Positions 11,485-23,545 of a stretch of 64,000 nucleotides of DNA are shown one piece after another. Position numbers and translations under genes: made by a program. The stretch's first letter is position 1; each line of letters starts with the position of its first letter. This DNA comes from Laetmonice hystrix (Eukaryota), in contig OZ249444.1 in NCBI GenBank assembly GCA_965235115.1, positions 18,166,001 through 18,230,000 on the forward strand. Reading direction: 5' to 3'. A model generated the notes under the pieces. It searched no databases and was not told the origin of the DNA. It worked only from the letters and a program-made list of their open reading frames with translations.

Positions 11485-14029
11485 TTTAGATTCTACCTGA
11501 ATACACATCTATCAGTTAACTCGAAACATGACAAACACACAGAGCTGGCCAATGAATCCAATAAAGCAAGCTCAGTGGACTTGTACAATGGATATTGAAC
11601 CAGATTGTTTGGCCGGTTAATTCATTTATAATGGTTATTAATCTACTGCTCTAGGCCATACTGGTGTAAGAATATAACATATTGCCCATCATATTTACGT
11701 AACATTTCGCACCTTTGTGGTGAACGATAACCGTACGTGAGCACTAATTCTGTGTGATCATCCCAGCAGAGAGTAGAGTCTACATGAGACAGAATTGTAT
11801 TCTGTCACGTGAGGACGTCAGACATTAGATGATGCCTTCCCTACTGTCGTCCATAAGGTAGTTAGCCACATCTAATAACGGCCACTCCTCTCTTATCTGT
11901 ATATAGCTATATTTCTGTGTTTTCACCTCTGGTGAGAAATCTGTCAGAACTGTTTTTCCGGAAAAAACGCCTTTTCTCCTCTAACCGTCTACTGTCCTTT
12001 CCCAAGATACAGTCGCTAATGGTTACAGACAGATTGCATTATGGGATTACCGCCGAGTTAGTCTCACTCTGGGAAAGTGTTACTGCCAAACTTGACAATG
12101 GCACGTGGAGCAGTCAGCATACAGCGGCAATGTCTGCTATTGTCAAGGAATACATTTGTCTTCTTTGCCTCGCCTGCTTCTTACTGCACCATCGTAATCA
12201 ACAGTGACCACGGACATAAACTCTCCGAGTGACATCATATACATTTTGTACTGAGAGCTTTTAGATTTCTGTGTAAGAGAAATGTTGTTACATCTGCTGT
12301 TTGAACCAGAACCGACAGAACATACCCTCTCACTTTAAATACTTGCCTTGGGAAAAGTTTGATTGGAGATGGCCCCACACTCTAAAACAATGAAATACTT
12401 GAATTTCACAGAATTTCTACAATAAAAGAATTCGCACCTTCCTGTGTTCACGGCAACGCGATGCAATACCGGACCGCCAGGCCCGGCCATGCAGGCACAA
12501 TCCCTTCACCTCACAATTCATTCAGGTCTCTGCTTTGTCCGCGAAATTTGTCTCAATTTCTGATGCTACTTTATAGGCCCATCAATCTCGCACGTAAAGT
12601 GACCGATGGCCTGAAATAAAAACTGCCCATGCTTGGGCGCGAAGTCATGGCTTTCATGAACTGTAAGCTACGGGACTGAGCTCGGGCAAGCTTCAGCGAG
12701 CCCTGTGAGGTCAGCAAACAAGGAGCTGTAGAGAAGCAATATGACCGCTGCAGTCGCCATTAGTGTGACCAATATTTATACGGGCACCGTCACAAAGCTG
12801 GCCGTCCTCCCCTGGAGGAGGCTGGAGAATGGCAGGCGATGGGCACGGACAGGAGGAACAAGTGTGGCCGTCTGATACGGCGCCTGCCTTCTCTGTTCAA
12901 ACAGAGGATGTTCACGCCGGTCACCGCCACGCCCACCGGCCCGTGATTAAGTAGCATTTGTCGGGGATGAGTGCAGAGATCTAGGGGAATTCCAGGATGA
13001 CTACAAACCCGTGGTTTATCACGGTCGTGTTGTAAGGTTGTCTCAGATCGCACAAGGCCACCCCTGCCCGCCAATCCCGGCCTCGATGACTGTGTAAAGA
13101 CACAATCCGATCACCAAGGCTCATCTGACAGTTGAATGCCGCTGTCATTGTTAGCGCCTGGTCGTTCACGCTTTCACTTTCCAGCTTATTGGCCAAATTT
13201 ATGGTCATAATCTCAACAGCCATGTGATCTTTTGTATTATGTGAACAACATGTTATAAAATTTATGTCTGAGCTCGTTACTCTGACTAAGGGCATCCAAC
13301 TGGATGAATTGGTGCAATTCACGCCCAGAAACAGGTGGCGTCGGTGCCCAAAAGGCCACATCTAGGAGAAACGTGTCCAATAAAACATAATCCTGACATA
13401 AACTGGCTTTGCTCACTCCATGACAAAGATGAGGGCAATTGTTGAAATGTCTGTAAAATCCCAGTGAAACATCAAATATTTAAGAGCGAGATTTGAACTG
13501 CTGTAAAGACAATTCATAGAAAAGGTTGTGGAGATCCAGGAGGGTCAAAGTCCAACATTAAGTCCAAAGTCAACTCCAAAACAACACACGATTCTTGATA
13601 TACATGTATTTCGTTTTAAATTGAGAGCCTTTTTTCACCACTCTGCCCGTTCTGGCATGCACCGCCTGGTATTGGCAGACGAGTATTACTTGGGTCTGTG
13701 CCTGAGTACCGACTTCCCTCCTCAGACGGGACAACATATTGTAAAACTAAACCGTTCCAATTGGTACCATATAAAATGGTAAGTACCGATAAACGGCGAC
13801 AAAAAGAAAGGATCCTTGTGCCAACTATGGTATAATCCTGGCCATGTTTTCGAAAGGCTGCCGGTCCTCCTTCAGCTGGACCTCAACCAAATGGCCACTG
13901 TATACCAGTATTAGCATACAAAGATACTGGATTACTATGGAAAGACGTGTAAACTGCAGTTTTTGCATCTGCTTGCTCGGGGCAATGTACGATCAGTCAC
14001 GTTTTGTAGTCAGAGTAGTTTGTGGCGGG

Positions 14030-14800
14030 GATGGGCCGTACTACTGAACAATCTAACACGTGGCGGGGAGGTAACAAACGCTAACTCTCTCAATGGCTCG
14101 CTGGGCCGTACTACTGAACAATCTAACACGTGGTGGGGAGGTAACAAACGCTAACTACTGAACAATCTAACACGTGGCGGGGAGGTAACAAACGCTAACT
14201 CTCTCAATGGCTCGCTGGGCCGTACTACTGAACAATCTAACACGTGGCGGGGAGGTAACAAACGCTAACTCTCTCAATGGCTCGCTGGGCCGTACTACTG
14301 AACAATCTAACACGTGGCGGGGAGGTAACAAACGCTAACTCTCTCAATGGCTCGCTGGACCGTACTACTGAACAATCTAACACGTGGCGGGGAGGTAACA
14401 AACGCTAACTCTCTCAATGGCTCGCTGGGCCGTACTACTGAACAATCTAACACGTGGCGGGGAGGTAACAAACGCTAACTCTCTCAGTGGCTCGCTGGGC
14501 CGTACTACTGAACAATCTAACACGTGGCGGGGAGGTAACAAACGCTAACTACTGAACAATCTAACACGTGGCGGGGAGGTAACAAACGCTAACTCTCTCA
14601 ATGGCTCGCTGAGCCGTACTACTGAACAATCTAACACGTGGCGGGGAGGTAACAAACGCTAACTCTCTCAATGGCTCGCTGGGCCGTACTACTGAACAAT
14701 CTAACACGTGGCGGGGAGGTAACAAACGCTAACTCTCTCAATGGCTCGCTGGGCCGTACTACTGAACAATCTAACACGTGGCGGGGAGGTAATCTAACAC
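14030..14800. repeat. Tandem array of 70-bp units with two 44-bp deletion variants, about 12 units
   Basis: ctactgaac recurs at 14041, 14111, 14155, 14225, 14295, 14365, 14435, 14505, 14549, 14619, 14689 and 14759. Confidence 0.97.
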
Positions 14801-15590
14801 AGTTCATGCCTTCTCAAGTCAGATTCGAATGATAAACTCTGAAAGAGGAACATGTACGATGTTCCACAAGGCCACTTCATTATACTATGCGTGTTCTATG
14901 GGAATTTTCTTATTTGGTTAGTGGCTTCCTCCTCTGACAAGGTGTTTATCTTTTGAAATTTCTATTGGAGAGATATCACTAGATATCAAATTCCATCTCT
15001 TTATATTCTTTTAATGACCTTTTTTTACAATTCCCCCTGGTTATTAGCAAAACGAAACATTTCCATTTTCAAACGTTCCTTAGAATCTAGGCTCACACTT
15101 ACAAGCACGAACTTTTGTACTAATCATATGCGGTAACGTTTCTATGGGGTTTTCACATTTTCTCGGGTGTTGTAGAAATAAATACCAAACGACTTGTATT
15201 TTGTAAGAGACGTAATACTAGTGCATTCTTAATTTGTTTGTTACATCAGGTTATTGATTTTACCAAGCTTCAAAGGCTTAATTTTCTTTCATCTTCTTTG
15301 GCAAGCAAAACAGCCACATCCAGCGCCAACATTCTCAAAGTTATTTCAGTATATATTTTAGATACAAAGAAACTAATATTTTTTTCCCTGCTACAAAAGC
15401 AAAAATAACATCCTACAGAAATCATTAAGGGCTGGCACATGCTCGGATAAAAGAACAAAATGATAGATAGTGGAAATTAGGTACTGGGTGGCTGTGCAGG
15501 TTGCCTTGTGCCACCAACCTCTGGAGTAATAAATCGGCCACAATCGGCGACCTCATCATCGACAGCTGCTTTACGTGTTCATTGATTACC

Positions 15591-15605
15591 CCGCTAGAGG
15601 GCGCT
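15591..15605 (+). promoter_or_regulatory. CTCF-like motif (CCGCTAGAGGGCGCT)
   Basis: Close match to the CTCF core consensus, in a GC-rich patch at about 15480-15730. Confidence 0.45.
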
Positions 15606-17888
15606 ATGTCCACAGCCTCGATGTGGCCACCGTGCAGCAGGCACAGGGTTGTATTTAATACTGTCATCTCTCTTCCTCCTCCAACATAGAGTATCACACT
15701 GTCAGAATCCGCCATCACGGCGCAGCTTCTATTTTTGCCCCGCTATGAAATACAATTGGCCTCTGACTTCAAGACGCGTTCATTATAGTATAAAACAACA
15801 GATATCTTTGAAGTCTGTTCTCTGCGTACATGCTGAGTTTAACATACTCCGCCACTTCAAACGACCAGTAACATGGATGATAATGAAATCAACCAATCAA
15901 TCATGTTCGTATCTCGTGGAAATGGATTCTCAGTCGTAACACTTGAAAATAACTCTGTGAGAGATTCATCACGCTGTCTGCCACTACATATGAGAGTTCA
16001 CTTTTCAAATTCTCACACAACCTGCTCTCCTTGCTTGCTTGGTTGGAGAATGGCAAATCAAGCTGACACAAACACACAGACACGTCTGCTAACGTTACCT
16101 TTTCAACAGCAGACACATCACGTCCTCTCATAGAATGGGACAAAAGTACAAAAGGCGGAATTTCACATTCTTATCAAAAGTCATGTCGCGGAGATAGAGA
16201 TGAACGTTTTCTATCGGAAAGGTAGTACATGTTGTTGCCATGGAACACATTTCGTTTGTTTCTTATTGCGACTCTGTTATGCGTATCTATTCAAAGCCGA
16301 TGATAACTAAAAACCTTCCAAAAATATGAGGCTATCAGAAGTTTCTGAATATACCATTATTTAGTTGCGAAACTACACATTTCGAAATGCTTTCTCTAAA
16401 CTAAACCACTAAGCCACTCAGCACTTCATGTATCTCCTACGATTCTTTTAGGGATTATGACTGGCCAGGGTCAATGCTCACCGGTAGGTTTTATACTGTC
16501 TAAAGAAAGACAGACACGTAAGGAACGTATCCAATGAGATGGCGAATTGCAGCCTGACCCTGCTCCATTACTTGACACGAACCTGATGACCTTATTTAGT
16601 ACATCTCGGCATTTTACACCTGTTCCTGCCATCGGTGTTCGACATGCCCACCGATAACTCAACATCTAATGGTTTCTACCCATACTGAAAGTAATCTTCA
16701 GCGACATAACGGCCCAAACAATAACTGTGGCTGCCATTATTGACGGCCACAATCGCCAAGCACAACTCCATTTTGTCGCATAAATAACTGCGATGGCACT
16801 TTGATAATTTGTTGTAGCAGACATTCTATGAAGATACATTAGCCTCCAACTAGGCCCTATGTCACCCAGAGCATGTATGTGAAGTTTGTCATTCCTCAGC
16901 ATGTCCCACCGGCCACAAAGACCACTTTGCTTCTGTCTTGTCCAATCTTCTCCTCTGAAACCTAATATCCACCGAAAAGTGTTTCTTTAATGCTACAAAT
17001 ATGCTGAATATTCATTGGTCATTCCCTGTCCATAAACCCCACCGATTTGCATACAAATCGGTCGACTTACGTCTTGTAGCATACGGTTTGCATAAGAAAA
17101 TAATATCTGTGGAGTAATTTTTTACTGCCGGTGGTAGAAAGCGGTGTATTTCCTGCAGGTGTCTACCATGCCGATGTTGAAGGTCAACACGATGGGGCCA
17201 GCCACCTGCGAGGGCCACCATTCTGATGGGAGAGCTTCATCTGGTTTTTTTTTGAGTTGGGATGGAGGGCAGGGGGGTACTAAACCGGCTGAATACAATG
17301 GAGTTTCTCGGACGACTGGGATCATTTAATTAATCACTAGAGAATCATTTCACTCGTTCTTACCCCTGTCACAACCCAACTGTGTAACGTATAATTCAAC
17401 AACGTCGACAGCCGAACCAGAACTGCTGATCAAAGGTATTTGGTCAAAGATAAAGTAACCGCTTCACTCAGAGCCAAAAACGTTCACCTCCAGGCATAGT
17501 ATCCGAATTGGTAACTTCTACCCAGAGATTCTTCCTTCAAAGACAGGAATTGTTGTCTTAGACTGTTTAACTCGTACAAAGCCTTTTACCCTCTCGGTCT
17601 TGTGTATAAATACACCTATCGACCACTCTGAGAGCACTAAGTGTATCCCAGATAAAAGATGATCCACTCATTCCGAGCTCCATCCACAATTCACTGTTTG
17701 CCCTGCAGACATTATTAGTCTGATGTCTTTACAGGTTTTCCCGCCCCTGTGAGATTGTACCCAAGGTTTGACGGTTGATAGAGTAACACCATAAGCAAAC
17801 TGTGCATATTACACCGAGTAGTTATTTCACAAAATGTAACTTCCTAGATTGGGATAGATTTTTTGGCGTTTCATCTGGGTAACAATGA

Positions 17889-18168
17889 GCACAGATACAT
17901 ATTGCATAAACTGTCACATCAACTCTAAAAACACAGCACAGATACATATTGCATAAACTGTCACATCAACTCTAAAAACACAGCACAGATACATATTGCA
18001 TAAACTGTCACATCAACTCTAAAAACACAGCACAGATACATACTGCATAAACTGTCACATCAACTCTAAAAACACAGCACAGATACATATTACATAAACT
18101 GTCACATCAACTCTAAAACACAGCACAGATACATATTGCATAAACTGTCACATCAACTCTAAAAACAC
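17889..18168. repeat. Tandem array, 47-bp unit, 6 copies
   Basis: Unit gcacagatacatattgcataaactgtcacatcaactctaaaaacaca; starts at 17889, 17936, 17983, 18030, 18077 and 18124. Confidence 0.97.
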
Positions 18169-18248
18169 TAAACTGAGTAACCTGAAAGTATTGTTGGAAA
18201 AAAATGGACTGATAATAACGTGATGTTTTGCCACCAGGGGGCACCCAC

Positions 18249-18433
18249 CTGAGAGACCTGATGCCACTGGGTCATGTGGTGCTCCGAGTGGTGCCTGCCC
18301 ACATTCCAGCGGTGCTGCACCATGTAGAGAAGTGGTGCCGAGAAGTTCATGTAGACAGCGTCCCAGGACAACTCAACCGAGCCGCCCTTGGCCCGCTCCC
18401 GAATGTCCTGGATCCGGGGGATATCGGGGACAC
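18249..18433 (-). CDS. ANOS1: Anosmin-1 exon C, first part of FN3-1: (G)VPDIPRIQDIRERAKGGSVELSWDAVYMNFSAPLLYMVQHRWNVGRHHSEHHMTQWHQVSQ
   Basis: Acceptor tatccctctcag, donor CAG|gtgggt, 185 nt, phase 1/0. FN3 Trp/Tyr motifs and an NFS sequon are present. Confidence 0.96.
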
Positions 18434-18664
18434 CTGAGAGGGATATACAGAAAACAGATGGATCAGAACTTAGGCTGAATGTAACAGGGGACAGTTGGGA
18501 CAGCTGGGATTTGAAAACTTTATGTAGTATTCGCCCTGGTGATATGGGCGGATCTTCACTTCTTCCGTTTTCTCCCGCCAAGGGAGCGAAGTTAATCCTG
18601 TAATAATAGAAACATTAGTAGTGAGACCAACTAAATCTCTAATCTATAATACAGAACCACAGAA

Positions 18665-18715
18665 GGTCGATCATGGGACACGGTCGATCATGGGACACGG
18701 TCGATCATGGGACAC
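18665..18715. repeat. Tandem repeat, 17-bp unit x3
   Basis: ggtcgatcatgggacac three times, exact. Confidence 0.95.
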
Positions 18716-20748
18716 TGGGTAATAGGTGTGGCCGCTCGGTTATTACGTAACTCAGCTCCTGATGATTGCACTCTGTAATCTGAGTCATATATCATATATC
18801 AAATCAAGTCCTGGTCATGCCTTTGATCTGTCATGATGACGTGGCCAGACACCTACGCCTATTAGTCCATCCTTGGATTAAAATTTAATGAGTAAATGTC
18901 TAATAAGAGATTATTGGTCTGGTAGTGTGTACTTGTGCTGCATGGTGTGTCCTGTTACAATTCATCAATCATTTCTAACATGACCGTGAGGAGGGCGGGG
19001 CCGACCACACATTGTATTGGTGCTATGTTATTGGTGGTGTGCAGTTAGACGTGTATAGATTGTGATCAACTACCTGTCCATGATCGACAGGCAGACTAAA
19101 CTGAACCCGCACCGTCTGAGTGGGTATCTCTCCCAACTGGTGCGGCTTTGTTTGCTTCAGCTGTCCAGTGTTCCAACCCCAACCCCAAACCCCCATTCCG
19201 ACCCTGCTGACCTTAAAGGTGTTTGGGTACCCTGGGTGGGGTCTGGCCAGGTTCGGGGTATGCTGCTACTGGAATAATATAACACTGCGGCTTAACGGGG
19301 ACATCAGGACTGGGAGTGAACAGTACCAGTGCTGACAGAGAAAATATCGAGGGAGGGGAGGGAGGGGGGCTGCGGCTAGGATATCCGGGTTGGAACTGAG
19401 AACACTCGGGTATAACGACAAACGTGTATGTATCATACTTTTAATGTACGTTTATTCATAACGCTATCTATATTTCAGGGACATTTAAAACATAATAACA
19501 CATTTGTTACTTTTACTTCTACAAATTGATAGCAATTGGTCATTTTTCTAATTATGGGCAATAAATTGACTTCGGAACCTGTAATAATATCATATAAAAA
19601 TTTGGCGTGCCCACTATATCACTTAACGATTGACTTTAGTGGGCTGGAGGTCAAATAGATGGTGGCAAGGTCATAGGGACAGGATGAAGGTCATAGTCTA
19701 TCAGGATTTAATGAGAGTGTTTATCGACATATGATCCGAACCATAAGCCCATAAGTAGCAGTGAACTGTGCCATGTTTTACGTCATATCTGATGACCAAC
19801 TGTGGAATTCGTTGGAAGCGACATCCAAGGCCGCATGCACAGACACTCAGTCATATTTTGGCAGAGTACTTGTGTTCTTGCCTACGACCAAAATGCTAAG
19901 TAACCCAACTGACCTCTTCCACTGAGTTCTAAGCCAATGCTTCTTTTTTTAACGGTCATTACTTAACATGATGTGTTTGCAAGTTACGTTGCATTATGTA
20001 TACTTCAATGTTATTTGATGTTTTCATAACTTTTACGTTTCACAAAGCAGCATGACGTATTTGATAGGAGTATCACTCTTTATTTATGTTGAGTTCTTGA
20101 GTTGAGTTGAGTTCACAATATTTCAAGCTGGTATTTTGATACTTTACGATGATCCCGTACCCATGAAATGTTAAATGACCTAAAGGATAGCCACATCATG
20201 GACAGAATAAATGCTAAGCACGCAAAGGGCAAACACTCCGTTCCATTAACAATCTCTCCAATCATGAGGTATTAAACAATTACTGTACACCACCACTGTC
20301 AAACAAGTGGACGGCATGGCACTCGCCCCAGGGACTTCGGAAATAATGCATTTCTCCATAATCGCTCTGTTTTTGTACATGTCAAACACGTTTTTAAATT
20401 TTGTAACAGCAGTGAGCAGCTAGGTTGGAAATCTAGCACATAAGCGGGACCTTCGAGGCTGCCTCAACTTGACCACATTCTAGGTGAGAAACGGCCTTTT
20501 AAACAGTCACACTCTACCGGAAGCACGTGCAAGAATTGTGTACAAAAACAAATGGTCGATGTTGAGGAAACAAACACCAGGGGGAGCTGCGTCTGGGAAT
20601 AAATGTGAAAACAAACAGAACGCTCTGGCCAGGGGGTTGTTTACAAGCGGATCCTCCAGAGGACTTCAATAAATTCAGATCCACCGATCGTGGTGACCTC
20701 ATCAGTGGCGGCGACGGCGACTAGTTGGTGCAGGATCTACTGGATGAT

Positions 20749-20767
20749 GGGGGGGGGGGGGGGGGGG
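20749..20767 (+). repeat. Poly-G homopolymer (19 G)
   Basis: Read directly from the sequence. Confidence 0.9.
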
Positions 20768-21115
20768 TAGAGCCCTAGGATAGTCATCCCCTATCTGTAG
20801 ACATAAGTAGGGCCTACCCTCATCAGGCCTCCCACCTGGACCACATAACCACAGACAATTTGAGGGCCACATGGTCATACTCCAGACACCGATATACATG
20901 TACTCTATGATACCGAGTGCCCTTTTTGACTCTCCACTGCCCCATATACAGTAACCCCCACACGCCCTACTCTTTACGTCTTCCCATTTACCGACCTCGA
21001 ATCAAACATTAGAATCTGATAAGGTGACAAAGAAATCGGAAAAATAAAGTAAGGTTAAACAATGCAAGACATGAGGCTGACGGTGGTGACAAGGCCATCA
21101 GCGGGCCGTACTCGG

Positions 21116-21216
21116 CCCTCCCCATGCAACCACCCTGGACCATGGCCACCCTCACCATGCAACCACCCTGGACCATGGCCACCCTCACCATGCAACCACC
21201 CTGGACCATGGCCACC
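21116..21216. repeat. Tandem repeat, 33-bp unit x3
   Basis: ccctcaccatgcaaccaccctggaccatggcca at 21116, 21149 and 21182. Confidence 0.95.
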
Positions 21217-23399
21217 CACATCTGGCTACAGTTTACCCCGCTCACCGCATGAATGTTCCGCTGATTATTTTACCACAGACTCAGCCAATAAATGGCTCCC
21301 ATCTGCGGGTCAAAAGGTCACGATCACAGGACACTCTCTCAAAGAATTCAAGAGCGTCTAGTATCCTTTTACCGATTTCTGCTTTTCAGTGTGAAAACCT
21401 GTGATATGGAGGACCGTCTTGACTGCGTCAGGTTTCAGAACGATCCGGAGGGGTAGGTTTTTGTCCCGTGTAACTTTTTCCATGCCATGAGTTCAAACAT
21501 TTGGCGTCCTTCACACCTACACACATCAGGCTTCTGTTAATGTTTTCGTTTTTGTGACAGGAACAAAGAACATGGCCTCACCCTTTCTAACCTTCGGAAA
21601 ATTACTAGTTGGAGGAATCTTGTCCGATATTATAAAACTACAGTACAGTGTGCCAATCTCAATCCAATGTGTTTCAGCTTCAATACGACTAACAGATTTA
21701 ACTAAAATGTGCCTGCTTAAACAAGGCTTCATGTTTAAGACACTTTGCCATTTCATCTTCAACCGTCTTTCACGGTGCCAAGACATTTAATGCAATTGTC
21801 AGGTAACCATCTTTAACTTTCCGTGGGAGCCAACCATCTGATCGGAAATTCATTTTAAGGTTCCTGACAAAAGCTGCCCATAAATGTCCATAAAAGGCGC
21901 AGATTCCTTTTTAATAAAAGAAAAAATCCTGGCCTAAAAGGTATTCCACTGTCAGTGGGATAATATTTCTTATACTCCCTAAAACGGGACCACCTGTGAA
22001 TAACCCAAGGCGGACCCTTTCAGCAAAACAATGCATGGCAAAACATTTCACTTTGAATCTTAAAGTTTCATGACTTTAGGCAATTTTACAAAGACCATCT
22101 ACAAGTTCACGGCAAAAAAATACTGGTTCATTTAAGAAGGAAAACGAAAAAAAACCAAAACAATTAAACTCAATCAGTTGCCTAATTCTCCGTAAGCATT
22201 ATACAATGTATCTTCAAAACAGCCATAGGGGGAGGGTACTTTAGATCTTCTCATTAGAACATTTCACATCGCTGCACAGCCAATCCTTTAAGATTTTCCT
22301 TAAACTAAACTATCAGTGCCACCCAAGTGTATCATCTACATCATTAGATAAGTAAAATACGGTTCGGATTTCTTCCATTTGATTCCAAAGCCTCTTGTTT
22401 CCTTCAAGTATTTCTACATATTGCTGTGTCTATAGCTCTGGGAACGGCAAGTCTCCCCAACCATGGCCCCACAGCTGTTGGCTATCCTCCCATAGAACGG
22501 GCCGGGAGAAGCGGCAGGATAGATACAGAGGCTGGAATCACCTGGAGGAGAGACGGCAGGCATCATCAACCTGGAGAAGCTAGTGGAGTGGCTGGTCAGC
22601 CTGAGAGAGGACCTACAGATGGCGGCCACATTCACTGCTGCCAGCCGCTGACAGCCATAATGAAATGATTGGCGAGGGTGCCGACAGCCAATTAAAAAGC
22701 AATATAAGTGGGTGTCGCATCATGCAACTTGCCGCACGCCGGATCACGCGAGGCGGGGGGATGCGGGCTCGCCATGGCGGGGACCTTATCAACGCTGTAC
22801 TTCACATAGAGTCCTCACCACACCACATGCAATCTGCGTGTATGGCCACCCGCCACGGCCTGTCCGACAACACAGGTCCTGGGTTCTCGACAAGATGTTT
22901 CCATCTAGCTGACAATAGGTGGCCTTTCTATGGGCACCGTCCCCGCCAAACAACAACCTTGTTCAAAGTGGCTGACAACTATAACAATCCGTACTGACGA
23001 CATTTTTGTTTCTGTTCACCAGTTTCAGAGAACGGGTCCGCCACCAGGCCCACATGCCTGTACATTTGATTACCAATCAACACTGTATTACAGCGTCTCT
23101 CACTTAAAGCTGGGAGTTATCCCTTCAAGCTGAATGCCATCTACACAGCTGTCGCAAAAGAAATAATTGTACATGACATTGAAAGTGTATTTGTGGACTC
23201 GCTCTGCTTTTAATCAGGATGGCAAGAATTGCTCGGGACGAACAGAAAGATAGGCAAGACAACGATTCGTAGATTTAGGAACATCTGAGGTACCCTTTTA
23301 GATTCTGTATTATATAACAGGTCTCCAGTATAGGTGTGAGAATAAGTCAGACAATTCAAGATAAAGAAGAAAACAGGTTGGTGAGTTGATGCTGCTGCA

Positions 23400-23545
23400 A
23401 TATGTCGGTCTATTGAGGCTATTGATTCTGGTGGAGGAAACCAGAGTGTATCGAAGAATTCACAAACCTGTGGCAAGTAACACATTCCTTTTACATCATA
23501 AAACCCCTAGGAGCCCAGCCACATCCAGGGGAGATTCGTCGAATA
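23400..23545 (-). mobile_element. Degenerate tRNA-derived SINE fragment
   Basis: ggtggaggaaaccagagtgtatcgaagaattcacaaacctgtggcaagtaac resembles the reverse strand of the GGTTTCCTCCAC-type core seen in many invertebrate SINEs (pattern recall). A B-box-like remnant (gagattcg) lies at about 23531-23538. Confidence 0.5.

Noticed and set aside
15425-15718. 97-aa minus-strand ORF with a superficially ankyrin-like GHIEAV
   Set aside because: No full ankyrin consensus and no usable splice sites; better explained as a GC-rich regulatory patch.
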